From an uncultured Gammaproteobacteria bacterium (lineage in GTDB: Bacteria; Patescibacteriota; Microgenomatia; Daviesbacterales; UBA10151), in the NCBI GenBank assembly GCA_964392925.1, contig CAYMRP010000003.1, forward strand, positions 50,786-114,785: a stretch of 64,000 bases of DNA. The letters are read 5' to 3'. The translations under genes were made by a program, and so were the position numbers. The notes under the pieces were generated by a model that was given only the letters and a program-made list of their open reading frames with translations, did not search any database and was not told the DNA's origin. Positions 47,979 to 56,989 of this stretch are shown here, piece after piece. Position 1 is the stretch's first letter, and every line of letters begins with the position of its first letter.

Positions 47979-48881
47979 ATGGGAAATAGATTATTAAAAA
48001 AGGATGCTAAATTAATAGGACAAGGGTTAACGGGGACTGAGGGGGCGAGGGCTTTGCCTAGGATGACTTCTTACGGCACAAAAATCGTGGCCGGAGTGAC
48101 ACCTGGCAAAGGTGGGCAGGAAGTGGAAGGGGTGCCGATATTTAACTCAGTTAAAGAGGCTGTTGAAGCAGTTGGGCCAGTCGATGGTACGGTTCAATTT
48201 GTCCCTCCGTTATTTGTTAAAGGAGCTGTTAAAGAAGCGATTGAGGCCGGATTAAAATTTATTTTAATCAGTGCGGAGAAAGTCCCAACTTCTGATGAGG
48301 CGTATATGTATGAACTAGCTGAGAATAATGGGGCGAGTATTATTGGTCCAAATTCGGTGGGACTTTTAAGTACTCATAATAGAATTAGATTAGGGTTAAT
48401 CGGGGGTTCTGATCCAGAGAAAGTATTTATGCCGGGGGAAATTGCGATTGTCTCTAAATCCGGATCAATGACGGCAGAGATTGGGCTTCATTTAAAAAAT
48501 AATGGTTTAGGAACATCATGGGCTGTTGGGATAGGCGGGGATATTGTGGAAGGAACTGATTTTGCGGATTTTTTACTTGAACTTGAGGATGATGCAAATA
48601 CGAAAGCCTCGGTCATTTTTGGAGAATTAGGGGGAACATATGAAGAGAAAGTGGGGGATTTAGTTAAAGCAGGCAAAATTACAAAACCTGTTGTGGCTTT
48701 GATCGCTGGAGACTTCACTATGAAATTACCTAATGAGGTTCAGTTTGGTCATGCAGGTGCTATTATTGAAGGAGAGAGAGGACTTCCTGACTATAAGCGG
48801 AAATTCTTACGAGAAGCGGGAGTGAAAGTGGCAAACTCGATTGATGAAATTGCGGAGCTTTTGAAGCAGTCTTTAAAATAA
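47979..48881 (+). CDS. CoA-binding/phospho-His subunit (SucD-like; ATP-citrate lyase alpha N-terminal part)
   Basis: VAGVTPGKGG, IIGPNSVG, SKSG, GIGGD, GELGG, EVQFGHAGA. Confidence 0.8.
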   Translation: MGNRLLKKDAKLIGQGLTGTEGARALPRMTSYGTKIVAGVTPGKGGQEVEGVPIFNSVKEAVEAVGPVDGTVQFVPPLFVKGAVKEAIEAGLKFILISAEKVPTSDEAYMYELAENNGASIIGPNSVGLLSTHNRIRLGLIGGSDPEKVFMPGEIAIVSKSGSMTAEIGLHLKNNGLGTSWAVGIGGDIVEGTDFADFLLELEDDANTKASVIFGELGGTYEEKVGDLVKAGKITKPVVALIAGDFTMKLPNEVQFGHAGAIIEGERGLPDYKRKFLREAGVKVANSIDEIAELLKQSLK

Positions 48882-48883
48882 AA

Positions 48884-49561
48884 ATGGCTATTACAATTAC
48901 ACATGTTGATGATGATGAAACTAAGCCGGCGCTTTTTGAGGAGCAAGATCTTTTGGAGTTAGCCCAGAAGATTTCATTTGCCGAATTGATTTTTGAGATG
49001 TTGACTGAGAGAAAGCCTTCTGAGGCAGAAGCTAAGCTGCTTAATTTAATTTTGAATTTATCAGCCGATCATGGACCTAATGCCCCGTCAGCAGTGGCGA
49101 CAATTGCAGCTACTAAAGAAGGCAAAACAATGGGTGAATCGGTTGGGGAAGGTATGGCGCAGATTGGTGATCGGCATGGCGGAGCAGGAGGGCCTTTGAT
49201 GGAATTGATGTACAGGATCAAGAACCAAGGGACAAGTATTAAGGGAGAAGTTGAAGATGTCTTAAAAGAGGGAAAAAGGATTCCGGGGATGGGTCATCGA
49301 GTCTATAAAGATATTGATCCGAGGGCGCAGTTGATTATGAAAACGGCAGTTGATAATGGAGTGGGTGAGGAATTTGTGAAGCTGGTGAATGAAATAAGAG
49401 ATGAGATTGAGAGACAGTCTGGTAAGAGCTTGCCGGTTAATATAGATGGAGCAATTGCTGCTGTTTTTTGCGGATTTGGCTTAAAGCCGGAATTTGGGAT
49501 TGCAGTATTCATAGTGGCGAGAGCTCCTGGGCTATGTGCTCATTTTATTAATAATTCCTAA
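48884..49561 (+). CDS. Citryl-CoA lyase (citrate synthase-like domain)
   Basis: ADHGP..PSA, RHGGA, IPGMGHRVY, DPRA, NIDGAIA; 225 aa, too short for citrate synthase. Confidence 0.82.
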   Translation: MAITITHVDDDETKPALFEEQDLLELAQKISFAELIFEMLTERKPSEAEAKLLNLILNLSADHGPNAPSAVATIAATKEGKTMGESVGEGMAQIGDRHGGAGGPLMELMYRIKNQGTSIKGEVEDVLKEGKRIPGMGHRVYKDIDPRAQLIMKTAVDNGVGEEFVKLVNEIRDEIERQSGKSLPVNIDGAIAAVFCGFGLKPEFGIAVFIVARAPGLCAHFINNS

Positions 49562-49662
49562 AAAAGTGTTTGGATTTTATTGCGGGGCGAGCTTGAAAAT
49601 TTTCACGGATTCTGCCTATAATAATCATCTACTTAGGAAGACGGACCTGGGTTACTTTCTGT

Positions 49663-50307
49663 ATGATAAAAGGTCTGTCTCTTTTAATTCTCGGCGGTGG
49701 AGTATTTGTATTAATGCAGGTTGTGATGCCGTTTGTGTCTTTCAAAATGTGGGAGATTTTTGCTTTTGAAAATGAGACGGCGTTAGTTGATCCAGCACCT
49801 GTAAGCACTAATGGGGATTTGGCTCCAGAATTTCAAATTGAAACTGTCAATAATTTTCCGATTTTTGTAGCGAAACCGAGAGCAAATGCGCCATCGTACT
49901 ACGAATTTAAAGTGTCTGTTCCGAAGATAAAACTTGAATCTGTAACAGCGAAAGTTGAGAGTTTGAAGTTCGATGAATTTTTAGGACATCTGCCTGGATC
50001 TGCTTTGCCAGGAGAGAAAGGGAATGTTTTTCTTTCCGGGCATTCTATGTTGCCTAATTTAGCTTCAAAAGATACAAAGGCTTTTTTTGCAAAACTTCCC
50101 GATGTTAAAAAAGGAGATGAGATTATTGTTGATGCTTTGGGTCAAAGATATGTTTATAAAGTGACAGAGCTAAAGATTGTGGATCCTAAAGATATAAGTG
50201 TAGTTTATCCGCCGGATTCGAATGGGCGTTATATTTCCCTGATGACTTGTGTGCCGCCAGGGTTTAATGCGAAGAGGCTAGTTGTTATAGGAAAACTTAG
50301 CATTTAG
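49663..50307 (+). CDS. Sortase
   Basis: N-terminal TM, GNVFLSGHS, SLMTCVPPG..KR. Confidence 0.88.
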   Translation: MIKGLSLLILGGGVFVLMQVVMPFVSFKMWEIFAFENETALVDPAPVSTNGDLAPEFQIETVNNFPIFVAKPRANAPSYYEFKVSVPKIKLESVTAKVESLKFDEFLGHLPGSALPGEKGNVFLSGHSMLPNLASKDTKAFFAKLPDVKKGDEIIVDALGQRYVYKVTELKIVDPKDISVVYPPDSNGRYISLMTCVPPGFNAKRLVVIGKLSI

Positions 50308-50336
50308 AATACCCTAACTAGTGAAAGACTTAAATA

Positions 50337-50975
50337 ATGGAATCGGTTGGATCCCCGGAATTTAAAACTCAAAACGAAATACTATCAGATGAACTTAAGT
50401 CTTTATTTGAAAGAATGCTTCCTATGGATCTAAGAGAAGCGGAGGCAGTTGATGTGGTAAGTGTTGCCAGCGGCCAGTTTGTACAAGAGTTAGCGGGAGT
50501 GTACTCATTAATCCCAGGAGTAAGAGAATTTAGGGCTGTGGATAGAGGAATTCAAGAAGGACTATTAAAAATCCTTAATGATCAAAAAAGTAGTTTTAAA
50601 GGGTTTAGACTTGAGAATGGAGATGTTAGCAATGGAGATGTATTAGGTCAGTCCCGATATGATCTAGCAATTCTGAGAAATCCTCAAGTAGGCTCACTTA
50701 CAACACCGGGTGAGGTAAATCCTGAGTGGAAGCTGATAATTCAAAATACACTTGATTGTGTGAAGCCTGGAGGGTATTTATTGATCAGTGGGCATTTTCC
50801 TGATGAATTCGAAAGGACTATGGATTTTATAAAGAGGACAGGGGTGGGATGTGAGATTTTAACACAGGAAGATCCAATAACGCCATCTCTCAAATCCGGA
50901 ATACCCATGAAAGAGAGCAGTATTGCATTATTGAGAAAGCCGGTTGCACCTATGGCTATCCCTACTTCACGTTAA
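50337..50975 (+). CDS. Hypothetical protein, remote class I SAM-methyltransferase-like
   Basis: VVSVASG, FRAVD, YDLAILRNP, VKPGGYLLI. Confidence 0.5.
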   Translation: MESVGSPEFKTQNEILSDELKSLFERMLPMDLREAEAVDVVSVASGQFVQELAGVYSLIPGVREFRAVDRGIQEGLLKILNDQKSSFKGFRLENGDVSNGDVLGQSRYDLAILRNPQVGSLTTPGEVNPEWKLIIQNTLDCVKPGGYLLISGHFPDEFERTMDFIKRTGVGCEILTQEDPITPSLKSGIPMKESSIALLRKPVAPMAIPTSR

Positions 50976-51021
50976 TAGCTTGTGATTTTACAGCATGTTA
51001 GAAATCCTTTACAATCCAGTC

Positions 51022-52758
51022 ATGACATTTAAAAAACTGGCGGAGTATTTTGAGAAATTAGAAGAGACTTCTTCGCGATTATCCTTAATTGATATATTAT
51101 CGGAACTTTTTTCTGAGGTTTCTCCTGATGAGGTGCCGATGGTTTCTTATTTAATACAAGGAAGAGTAGCCCCTTTTTATGAGCCTGTTGAAATTGGAAT
51201 GGCGGAAAAGAATGTGGCGGCATCGATTGCTAGAGCATATGGTGTTGATAGAGAAGAGGTTTTAACACTATATGGAAAAGTTGGAGATTTAGGAAAGGCT
51301 GCTTTGGAACTGAGCCAGAAGAAAAATCACAAAAGCCAGAGCCTAACAATTAAAGAAGTCTTTGAGACGCTAAAGGAAATTGCAGGATTTTCAGGAGACG
51401 GGACTGTTGAAAAGAAAATCTCAACTTTGGTGGGATTGCTGGAAAAAGCTAGCGGAATAGAAGCCAAGCACTTAGTTAGGATTCCAATCGGAACATCACG
51501 CCTGGGGATTGGTGATCCGACTGTTTTAGATGCCTTTGCTAAGGCTAAATTGGGCGATCGATCAAAGAGGAAGCTCTTAGAGGGGGCATACAACAAAGTG
51601 TCTGATTTAGGACTTATTGGAAAGACTTTGTGGGAGGGCGGGCTTCCAGCAGTTCAAAAGCTGGATGTAGAGTTTGGAAGACCTATTAGAAGTCAGCTTT
51701 GCGAAAGATTGCCTGACCCGAAATCAATTTTGGAAAAATATGGAGGAGATGCTCATGTGCAATATAAATACGACGGTTTTAGGATTCAGATACATAAAAA
51801 GGGAAAACAAGTAAGATTATTTTCGCGTAATTTAGAGGAAACAACGCCAATGTTTCCAGATATTATCGAAGGTGTTTTAAAACAAATTAAAGCTGATTCG
51901 ATAATATTGGATTCAGAAGGATTGGCGTATAACCCGGAGTCAGAGGAATTTTTGCCGTTTCAGGAAACTACGAAAAGAAGAAGAAGACACGGAATTGAGG
52001 ATGCGGCAAAAACTTTACCACTCAAAGCATTTGTTTTTGACATCATGTATATCAACGGAAAATCTTTAGTTGACACCCCGTTATCTGAGAGATTGCAAAT
52101 TATGGCAAAAGCGATCGATGGAGATGAGGTTTTAATTGAACAGCCAGGAATATTTATGAATGATGCTGCTAAGATGGATGCAATGCTGCAGGATGCACTG
52201 ACTAAAGGGTTAGAGGGGTTAATTGTTAAAAGGCCTGATTCTTTGTATGAGGCTGGGGCGCGTAATTTTAACTGGATTAAATTAAAGCGTCATTCCTCGG
52301 GCGAACTTAAAGACACGATTGATTGTGTAATTTTGGGATATATTTTTGGTAGAGGGAAACGGGCTGATTTTGGGGCAGGGGCATTATTAGTTGGGGTTTA
52401 TGATAAGGAAAAAGATGAATTTGTGACTGTTTCTAAAATAGGGACTGGGTTAACAGATGAAGAGTGGAGGGAGATTCATAGACGGGCAGATAAGATTAAG
52501 GTTGATCATAAACCGGCAAGAGTGAATGCAGTCATGGAACCTTCAGTTTGGATTAAGCCGGAAATTGTGATTGAAGTTTTAGCAGATGAGATTACAAAAT
52601 CTCCAACTCATACGGCAGGTAAAACGGATACGGAGCCTGGATATGCTTTACGATTTCCAAGACTGGTTAAGTTTAGAGATGCGGATAAAAGAGCTGAGGA
52701 TAGTACGACTGTTTCAGAGCTGGTAAAAATGTATAGCGCTCAGTATTCGAAAAAGTAG
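51022..52758 (+). CDS. lig: ATP-dependent DNA ligase with N-terminal DNA-binding domain
   Basis: KYDGFRIQIH, EGLIVK, WIKLK, ALRFPR. Confidence 0.94.
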   Translation: MTFKKLAEYFEKLEETSSRLSLIDILSELFSEVSPDEVPMVSYLIQGRVAPFYEPVEIGMAEKNVAASIARAYGVDREEVLTLYGKVGDLGKAALELSQKKNHKSQSLTIKEVFETLKEIAGFSGDGTVEKKISTLVGLLEKASGIEAKHLVRIPIGTSRLGIGDPTVLDAFAKAKLGDRSKRKLLEGAYNKVSDLGLIGKTLWEGGLPAVQKLDVEFGRPIRSQLCERLPDPKSILEKYGGDAHVQYKYDGFRIQIHKKGKQVRLFSRNLEETTPMFPDIIEGVLKQIKADSIILDSEGLAYNPESEEFLPFQETTKRRRRHGIEDAAKTLPLKAFVFDIMYINGKSLVDTPLSERLQIMAKAIDGDEVLIEQPGIFMNDAAKMDAMLQDALTKGLEGLIVKRPDSLYEAGARNFNWIKLKRHSSGELKDTIDCVILGYIFGRGKRADFGAGALLVGVYDKEKDEFVTVSKIGTGLTDEEWREIHRRADKIKVDHKPARVNAVMEPSVWIKPEIVIEVLADEITKSPTHTAGKTDTEPGYALRFPRLVKFRDADKRAEDSTTVSELVKMYSAQYSKK

Positions 52759-52793
52759 ACTTTGTTAAAATCTTCGCGTCATGCAAATATGGG

Positions 52794-53240
52794 TTAGAGA
52801 TATCTAAATTTCGTGGCTAAACAAGTATTTATCTGTTGAGGTGCTCCTGTAATTCGAATAACTCTTTCGGGTTGTCCACTAAGCCCTGAAAATGGCTCAC
52901 TCATGCCAATCTTGAGCTCTGGTAAATCAAATAATCTTCTTATTGGATCGCCGGAGCCATTCCTGAAGTCACTATCAAGAACAAAAACATCCGTTGCGCC
53001 GGGATTATTTAGTTCTGGTGTTGCCAAAACTCCTAGTACCGGTATTCGTTTAGGACTCACTTCTAAAATAATTCTAGGTTTTCCGACAAGGTCCTTGGGT
53101 TTTGCATTTAGTAGAGCCCAGAGGCCTTTTCTAAGAGAGAGGATCTCTTCTTTATTAGGATTCCTATCAATAGCTGTGGGGTCGATGGCGGAAGCTCCTT
53201 GTGCTAACCTCATGACACCTTCCCTTAAAGTTTCTGGCAT
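52794..53240 (-). CDS. Hypothetical orphan protein
   Basis: 148-aa ORF starting 5 nt downstream of tatD stop. Confidence 0.5.
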   Translation of the reverse strand: MPETLREGVMRLAQGASAIDPTAIDRNPNKEEILSLRKGLWALLNAKPKDLVGKPRIILEVSPKRIPVLGVLATPELNNPGATDVFVLDSDFRNGSGDPIRRLFDLPELKIGMSEPFSGLSGQPERVIRITGAPQQINTCLATKFRYL

Positions 53241-53245
53241 ATAGC

Positions 53246-54064
53246 CTATAATTTAAACAGAATGTGTCCATTTGTACTTGACAAATTTCTGACATTTTCT
53301 ATGGGTTCATTTTTTAGATTGGCGATGAAATTGGCAATTATTTCTAGATTTGCCGGTTGATTTAAGGAGGTGCCTGCTGATTTTAAGGGTTCAGGAATAA
53401 AGTAAGGGGAGTCCGTTTCCAGAACTAGTAGGTCGAGAGGGAGTCTTTTAAGGAAATCTTGTTTTTCGGAATCGTATGTTATGTCACCGTCAATGCCAAT
53501 GAAAACTTGATGTTTTAAGGCAAAATCCAGAATTTTTTGATCAGGTTCACAGCAATGAAAGACTGATCTTTGCTCTAAGAAAGGATCCCAATTGGCTTCT
53601 AAAATTTCTAATAGTTCAGGGACTGTTTCGCGGTTGTGGATGATTAGGGGTTTTTGGTGTTTTATAGCCAGCTTTATTTGCTCTTTAAAGAAAAGTTTTT
53701 GAAGATCAATAAACTCTTTAGATATTATGTAATTCTGGTAATGAGTCTTTTCGTAGATATGGCGGTCGAGGCCGGTTTCACCGATGGCGATTACTTTTGG
53801 GTTGTTGATGAGGGATTCCAATTCGGAAATTGCTTCTAAAGCGTTATCAGTCCCTACAAAAGGAAAAACATGATGGGGGTGGATGCCGATGGCGGCATAT
53901 AATTCATCATATTTTTCTGCGAGATCGATGGCTTTTTTGGAGGTTTCGAGGTTTGTTCCGACAACAATCATTTTCTCTATACCCACGTTTTTAGCTGACT
54001 GAATGATTTCAGCAACTTTCCCCTCAAAAGCCTTGAATTGTAGATGTGTGTGGCTATCGATCAT
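53246..54064 (-). CDS. tatD: TatD family hydrolase
   Basis: IDSHTHL, GIHPH, IGETGLD, IIHNR, LETDSPY. Confidence 0.93.
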   Translation of the reverse strand: MIDSHTHLQFKAFEGKVAEIIQSAKNVGIEKMIVVGTNLETSKKAIDLAEKYDELYAAIGIHPHHVFPFVGTDNALEAISELESLINNPKVIAIGETGLDRHIYEKTHYQNYIISKEFIDLQKLFFKEQIKLAIKHQKPLIIHNRETVPELLEILEANWDPFLEQRSVFHCCEPDQKILDFALKHQVFIGIDGDITYDSEKQDFLKRLPLDLLVLETDSPYFIPEPLKSAGTSLNQPANLEIIANFIANLKNEPIENVRNLSSTNGHILFKL

Positions 54065-54124
54065 ATTGTTGGAACTACATTTTAGTTGATTTTTTGGACT
54101 ATTAGCTATAACCTACTTTAACTT

Positions 54125-55387
54125 ATGGGGTTTGTGGCGGATTTACATATTCATTCAAGATTTTCTCAAGCTTGTTCGAAATATCTAACGATTCCAAATT
54201 TAGCACTGTGGGCCAAGTATAAAGGAATTGATTTAATGGGAACCGGAGATTGTTTGCATCCTTTATGGCATGCGGAATTGAGGCGGGATTTAAAAGAGAC
54301 GAAAGATGGTTATGAATATAACGGTATTAAATTTTTGCCGACAGTTGAAGTGTCGTGCATTTATAAACAAGGCGGAAGCGTAAGAAGAATTCATACTTTG
54401 ATTTTTTTACCGACTTTAGAATCAGCAGAAATGTTATCTAAAGTCTTAGCCAAAATGGGAAAAAATTTAGTGTCGGATGGAAGGCCGATACTCGGAATGT
54501 CATCTAAGGAGTTGTGTGAAGTAGTGTTTGGGGTAGAGAAAAAAGCCTTGATAATTCCGGCCCATATTTGGACTCCGTGGTTTTCTTTGTTTGGTTCAGA
54601 GTCAGGGTATGATTTTTTGGAAGAATGTTTTGGCGGGTATTCTGATCAAATTTATGCTGTTGAAACTGGTTTATCGAGCGAACCTTTAATGAATTGGCGG
54701 GTTTCACAGCTTGATAATAAGGCAATCGTATCGTTTTCAGATGCACATTCATTACCCCGACTAGGAAGGGAAGTGACGATATTTAAAGGCGAGCCGACTT
54801 TTGAACAACTAAGAAATAATTTGATTAAGAGGCAGATTGTGGAGACGGTTGAATTTTTTCCTGAAGAGGGGAAGTATCATTATTCAGGGCATCGCAAATG
54901 CGGAGTTGTTTATGACACAGCAGAACTTAAAGCGAGAGGAGAGATCTGTCCTGTTTGTGGGAGGAAATTGACATTGGGGGTATTGAATAGGACTGAGGAG
55001 TTAGCTGATCGGGGGACGCAGGAAATAAGAGTGATAAATCAAGGAGGAGTAATAAGTTCTGGGGTATTTCCCGATAGAGCGGGGTTTAGGATGCTGGTGC
55101 AGCTTGAGGAAATTATTGCAGCAAGTATGGGGTTTTCGGTTGCTTCGCAGAAAGTTCAAAAAGAATATTTAAGACTTGTAACAACACTGGCTCCAGAATT
55201 ATTAATACTCACTAAACTTTCAATCGAGGATATTGAAAAAAATGCTGGTGCTAGAATTGCTGAGGGAGTCAAGAGAGTTCGGGAAGGCATGGTTGCAATT
55301 AGGCCAGGGTTTGATAATACTTATGGCAAAGTTAGGATTTGGAGTGATGAAGAGAAAGCTCAGAATAAACAAATTGAATTGTTTTAA
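54125..55387 (+). CDS. Endonuclease Q family (PHP domain plus Zn finger)
   Basis: ADLHIHSRFS, PAHIWTPW, SDAHS, GKYH, CPVCG, PGFDNTYG. Confidence 0.88.
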   Translation: MGFVADLHIHSRFSQACSKYLTIPNLALWAKYKGIDLMGTGDCLHPLWHAELRRDLKETKDGYEYNGIKFLPTVEVSCIYKQGGSVRRIHTLIFLPTLESAEMLSKVLAKMGKNLVSDGRPILGMSSKELCEVVFGVEKKALIIPAHIWTPWFSLFGSESGYDFLEECFGGYSDQIYAVETGLSSEPLMNWRVSQLDNKAIVSFSDAHSLPRLGREVTIFKGEPTFEQLRNNLIKRQIVETVEFFPEEGKYHYSGHRKCGVVYDTAELKARGEICPVCGRKLTLGVLNRTEELADRGTQEIRVINQGGVISSGVFPDRAGFRMLVQLEEIIAASMGFSVASQKVQKEYLRLVTTLAPELLILTKLSIEDIEKNAGARIAEGVKRVREGMVAIRPGFDNTYGKVRIWSDEEKAQNKQIELF

Positions 55388-55611
55388 TGATTAAACTTGG
55401 AAGATACAAGCATTATAAAGGCGGATTATATAAAGTTTTAGGTATAGTTAAGCATAGCGAAACACTTGAAGAGTTGGTTTTGTATGAATGTTTATATGAG
55501 AATAAAACTGCTAAAGCTTGGGTTAGGCCGCTTAAGATGTTTAATGAAAAAATAAAATTAAATGGTAAAATGGTTGCGAGGTTTGAATATTTAGGAGAAG
55601 TAGATGACTGA
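55387..55611 (+). CDS. DUF1653 family protein
   Basis: GRYKHYKGGLY..HSETLEELVLY..WVRPLKMF..RF. Confidence 0.9.
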   Translation: MIKLGRYKHYKGGLYKVLGIVKHSETLEELVLYECLYENKTAKAWVRPLKMFNEKIKLNGKMVARFEYLGEVDD

Positions 55612-56377
55612 ATCAAAATTATTAAAAGTAGCGAAAGAGGCAGCAATAGAAGCGGGTAAAATTGTAAAAAAATATTATCAGTCTGAACTTGCCCTGCAAG
55701 GAAAAGGACATTTTACAAATTTTGCAACTCAAGGGGATATAGAATCTGAAGCCAAAGTAATTGAGATTGTTACCAGAAATTTTCCAGATCACAATATTAT
55801 TGGCGAGGAGTCAGGCAGAGTTGATAATGGTTCGGAGTATTCTTGGGCAATTGATCCAATCGATGGGACGATACCATTTGTTGACGGGATTCCGTTTTTT
55901 GGGGTATCAGTTGGACTTTTGAAAAATAATAAACCATATATAGGAGTTATTAATATGGTTGGTGCAGGTGATATTTACTGGGCTGAAGAAGGGCAAGGCG
56001 CTTTTAAGAACGGGGAGAAAATTCAGGTTAGAAAAAAAGAAGGACTTGAGAATAGTACGATCGCACTTGAATTTGGGCATACAGGGCGAGATAAAAAGAT
56101 TGAGAATCATTTCAGCCCAATTGTTAGCAAGGTTAGATATGTTTATGTGTTTGGTTCAGCGGTTAAATCATTAACATTAATAGCGCAAGGAAATTTGGAC
56201 GGGGCATTTATCAGTGCTTATGTGTGGGATTTTGCAGCGGGGGCAATTTTGGTTCAAGAATCAGGAGGAAAGATAACAACTCCTGAGGGAGGAGAGCCTG
56301 ACTATACAAGAAATCATTTTGAATTGATTTTTAGTAATAATTATATTCATCAAGATTTAGTCAGCATATATAAATAA
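55604..56377 (+). CDS. Inositol monophosphatase family protein
   Basis: GEES, WAIDPIDGT, WDFAAG..ESGG. Confidence 0.92.
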   Translation: MTESKLLKVAKEAAIEAGKIVKKYYQSELALQGKGHFTNFATQGDIESEAKVIEIVTRNFPDHNIIGEESGRVDNGSEYSWAIDPIDGTIPFVDGIPFFGVSVGLLKNNKPYIGVINMVGAGDIYWAEEGQGAFKNGEKIQVRKKEGLENSTIALEFGHTGRDKKIENHFSPIVSKVRYVYVFGSAVKSLTLIAQGNLDGAFISAYVWDFAAGAILVQESGGKITTPEGGEPDYTRNHFELIFSNNYIHQDLVSIYK

Positions 56378-56380
56378 GCT

Positions 56381-56968
56381 ATGTATTTAATAGTCGGTTT
56401 AGGTAATACAGGTGAGAAGTTTAAAAACACCCGACATAATTTGGGGTTTGAAGTTGTTGATGAACTCAGGAAGAAATTGGATTTACCTAATTTTACAAAA
56501 GAAGATAAGTTCAAAGCTGAAGTCACAAAAGGGGAGGATCTCATTTTGGCTAAGCCAGTAACTTTTATGAACTTATCAGGACTGGCTGTGGCACCTCTTG
56601 CTCAATATTTTAAGATTCCTGTTGAAAATATCATTATTGTTCATGATGAACTAGATTTACCGGTTGGTCATATTAAAGTTAGAATTGGCGGCTCAGATGC
56701 AGGACATCATGGAGTTGAATCAGTGATTCAAATGCTTGGAGATGAGAAATTTATTAGAGTTAGATTAGGAATTAGTATTTGGCAAGCAATATCAGGCGAG
56801 CATAAACAAGCGGCTTTTAAAGCTGAAAAGTTTGTAACAGAAGGATTTGAAACGAGTGAAAAATCAAAGGTTAAAGCTATGATTAAAAGAGGAGTGAAGG
56901 CGGTGGAGGCGATTTTGGAGTTAGGTTTAGATAAAGCCCAAAATCAGTATAATGACAAAGGGGTTTAG
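56381..56968 (+). CDS. pth: Peptidyl-tRNA hydrolase
   Basis: LIVGLGN, TRHNLGF, KPVTFMNLSG, HDELD, GHHG. Confidence 0.95.
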   Translation: MYLIVGLGNTGEKFKNTRHNLGFEVVDELRKKLDLPNFTKEDKFKAEVTKGEDLILAKPVTFMNLSGLAVAPLAQYFKIPVENIIIVHDELDLPVGHIKVRIGGSDAGHHGVESVIQMLGDEKFIRVRLGISIWQAISGEHKQAAFKAEKFVTEGFETSEKSKVKAMIKRGVKAVEAILELGLDKAQNQYNDKGV

Positions 56969-56989
56969 TACTGATAACCTAATTGGTAG

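Noticed and set aside
46777-48881. Annotation as succinyl-CoA synthetase sucCD
   Set aside because: ACL-specific citrate-binding motifs and the coupled citryl-CoA lyase argue against it; gene symbols withheld.
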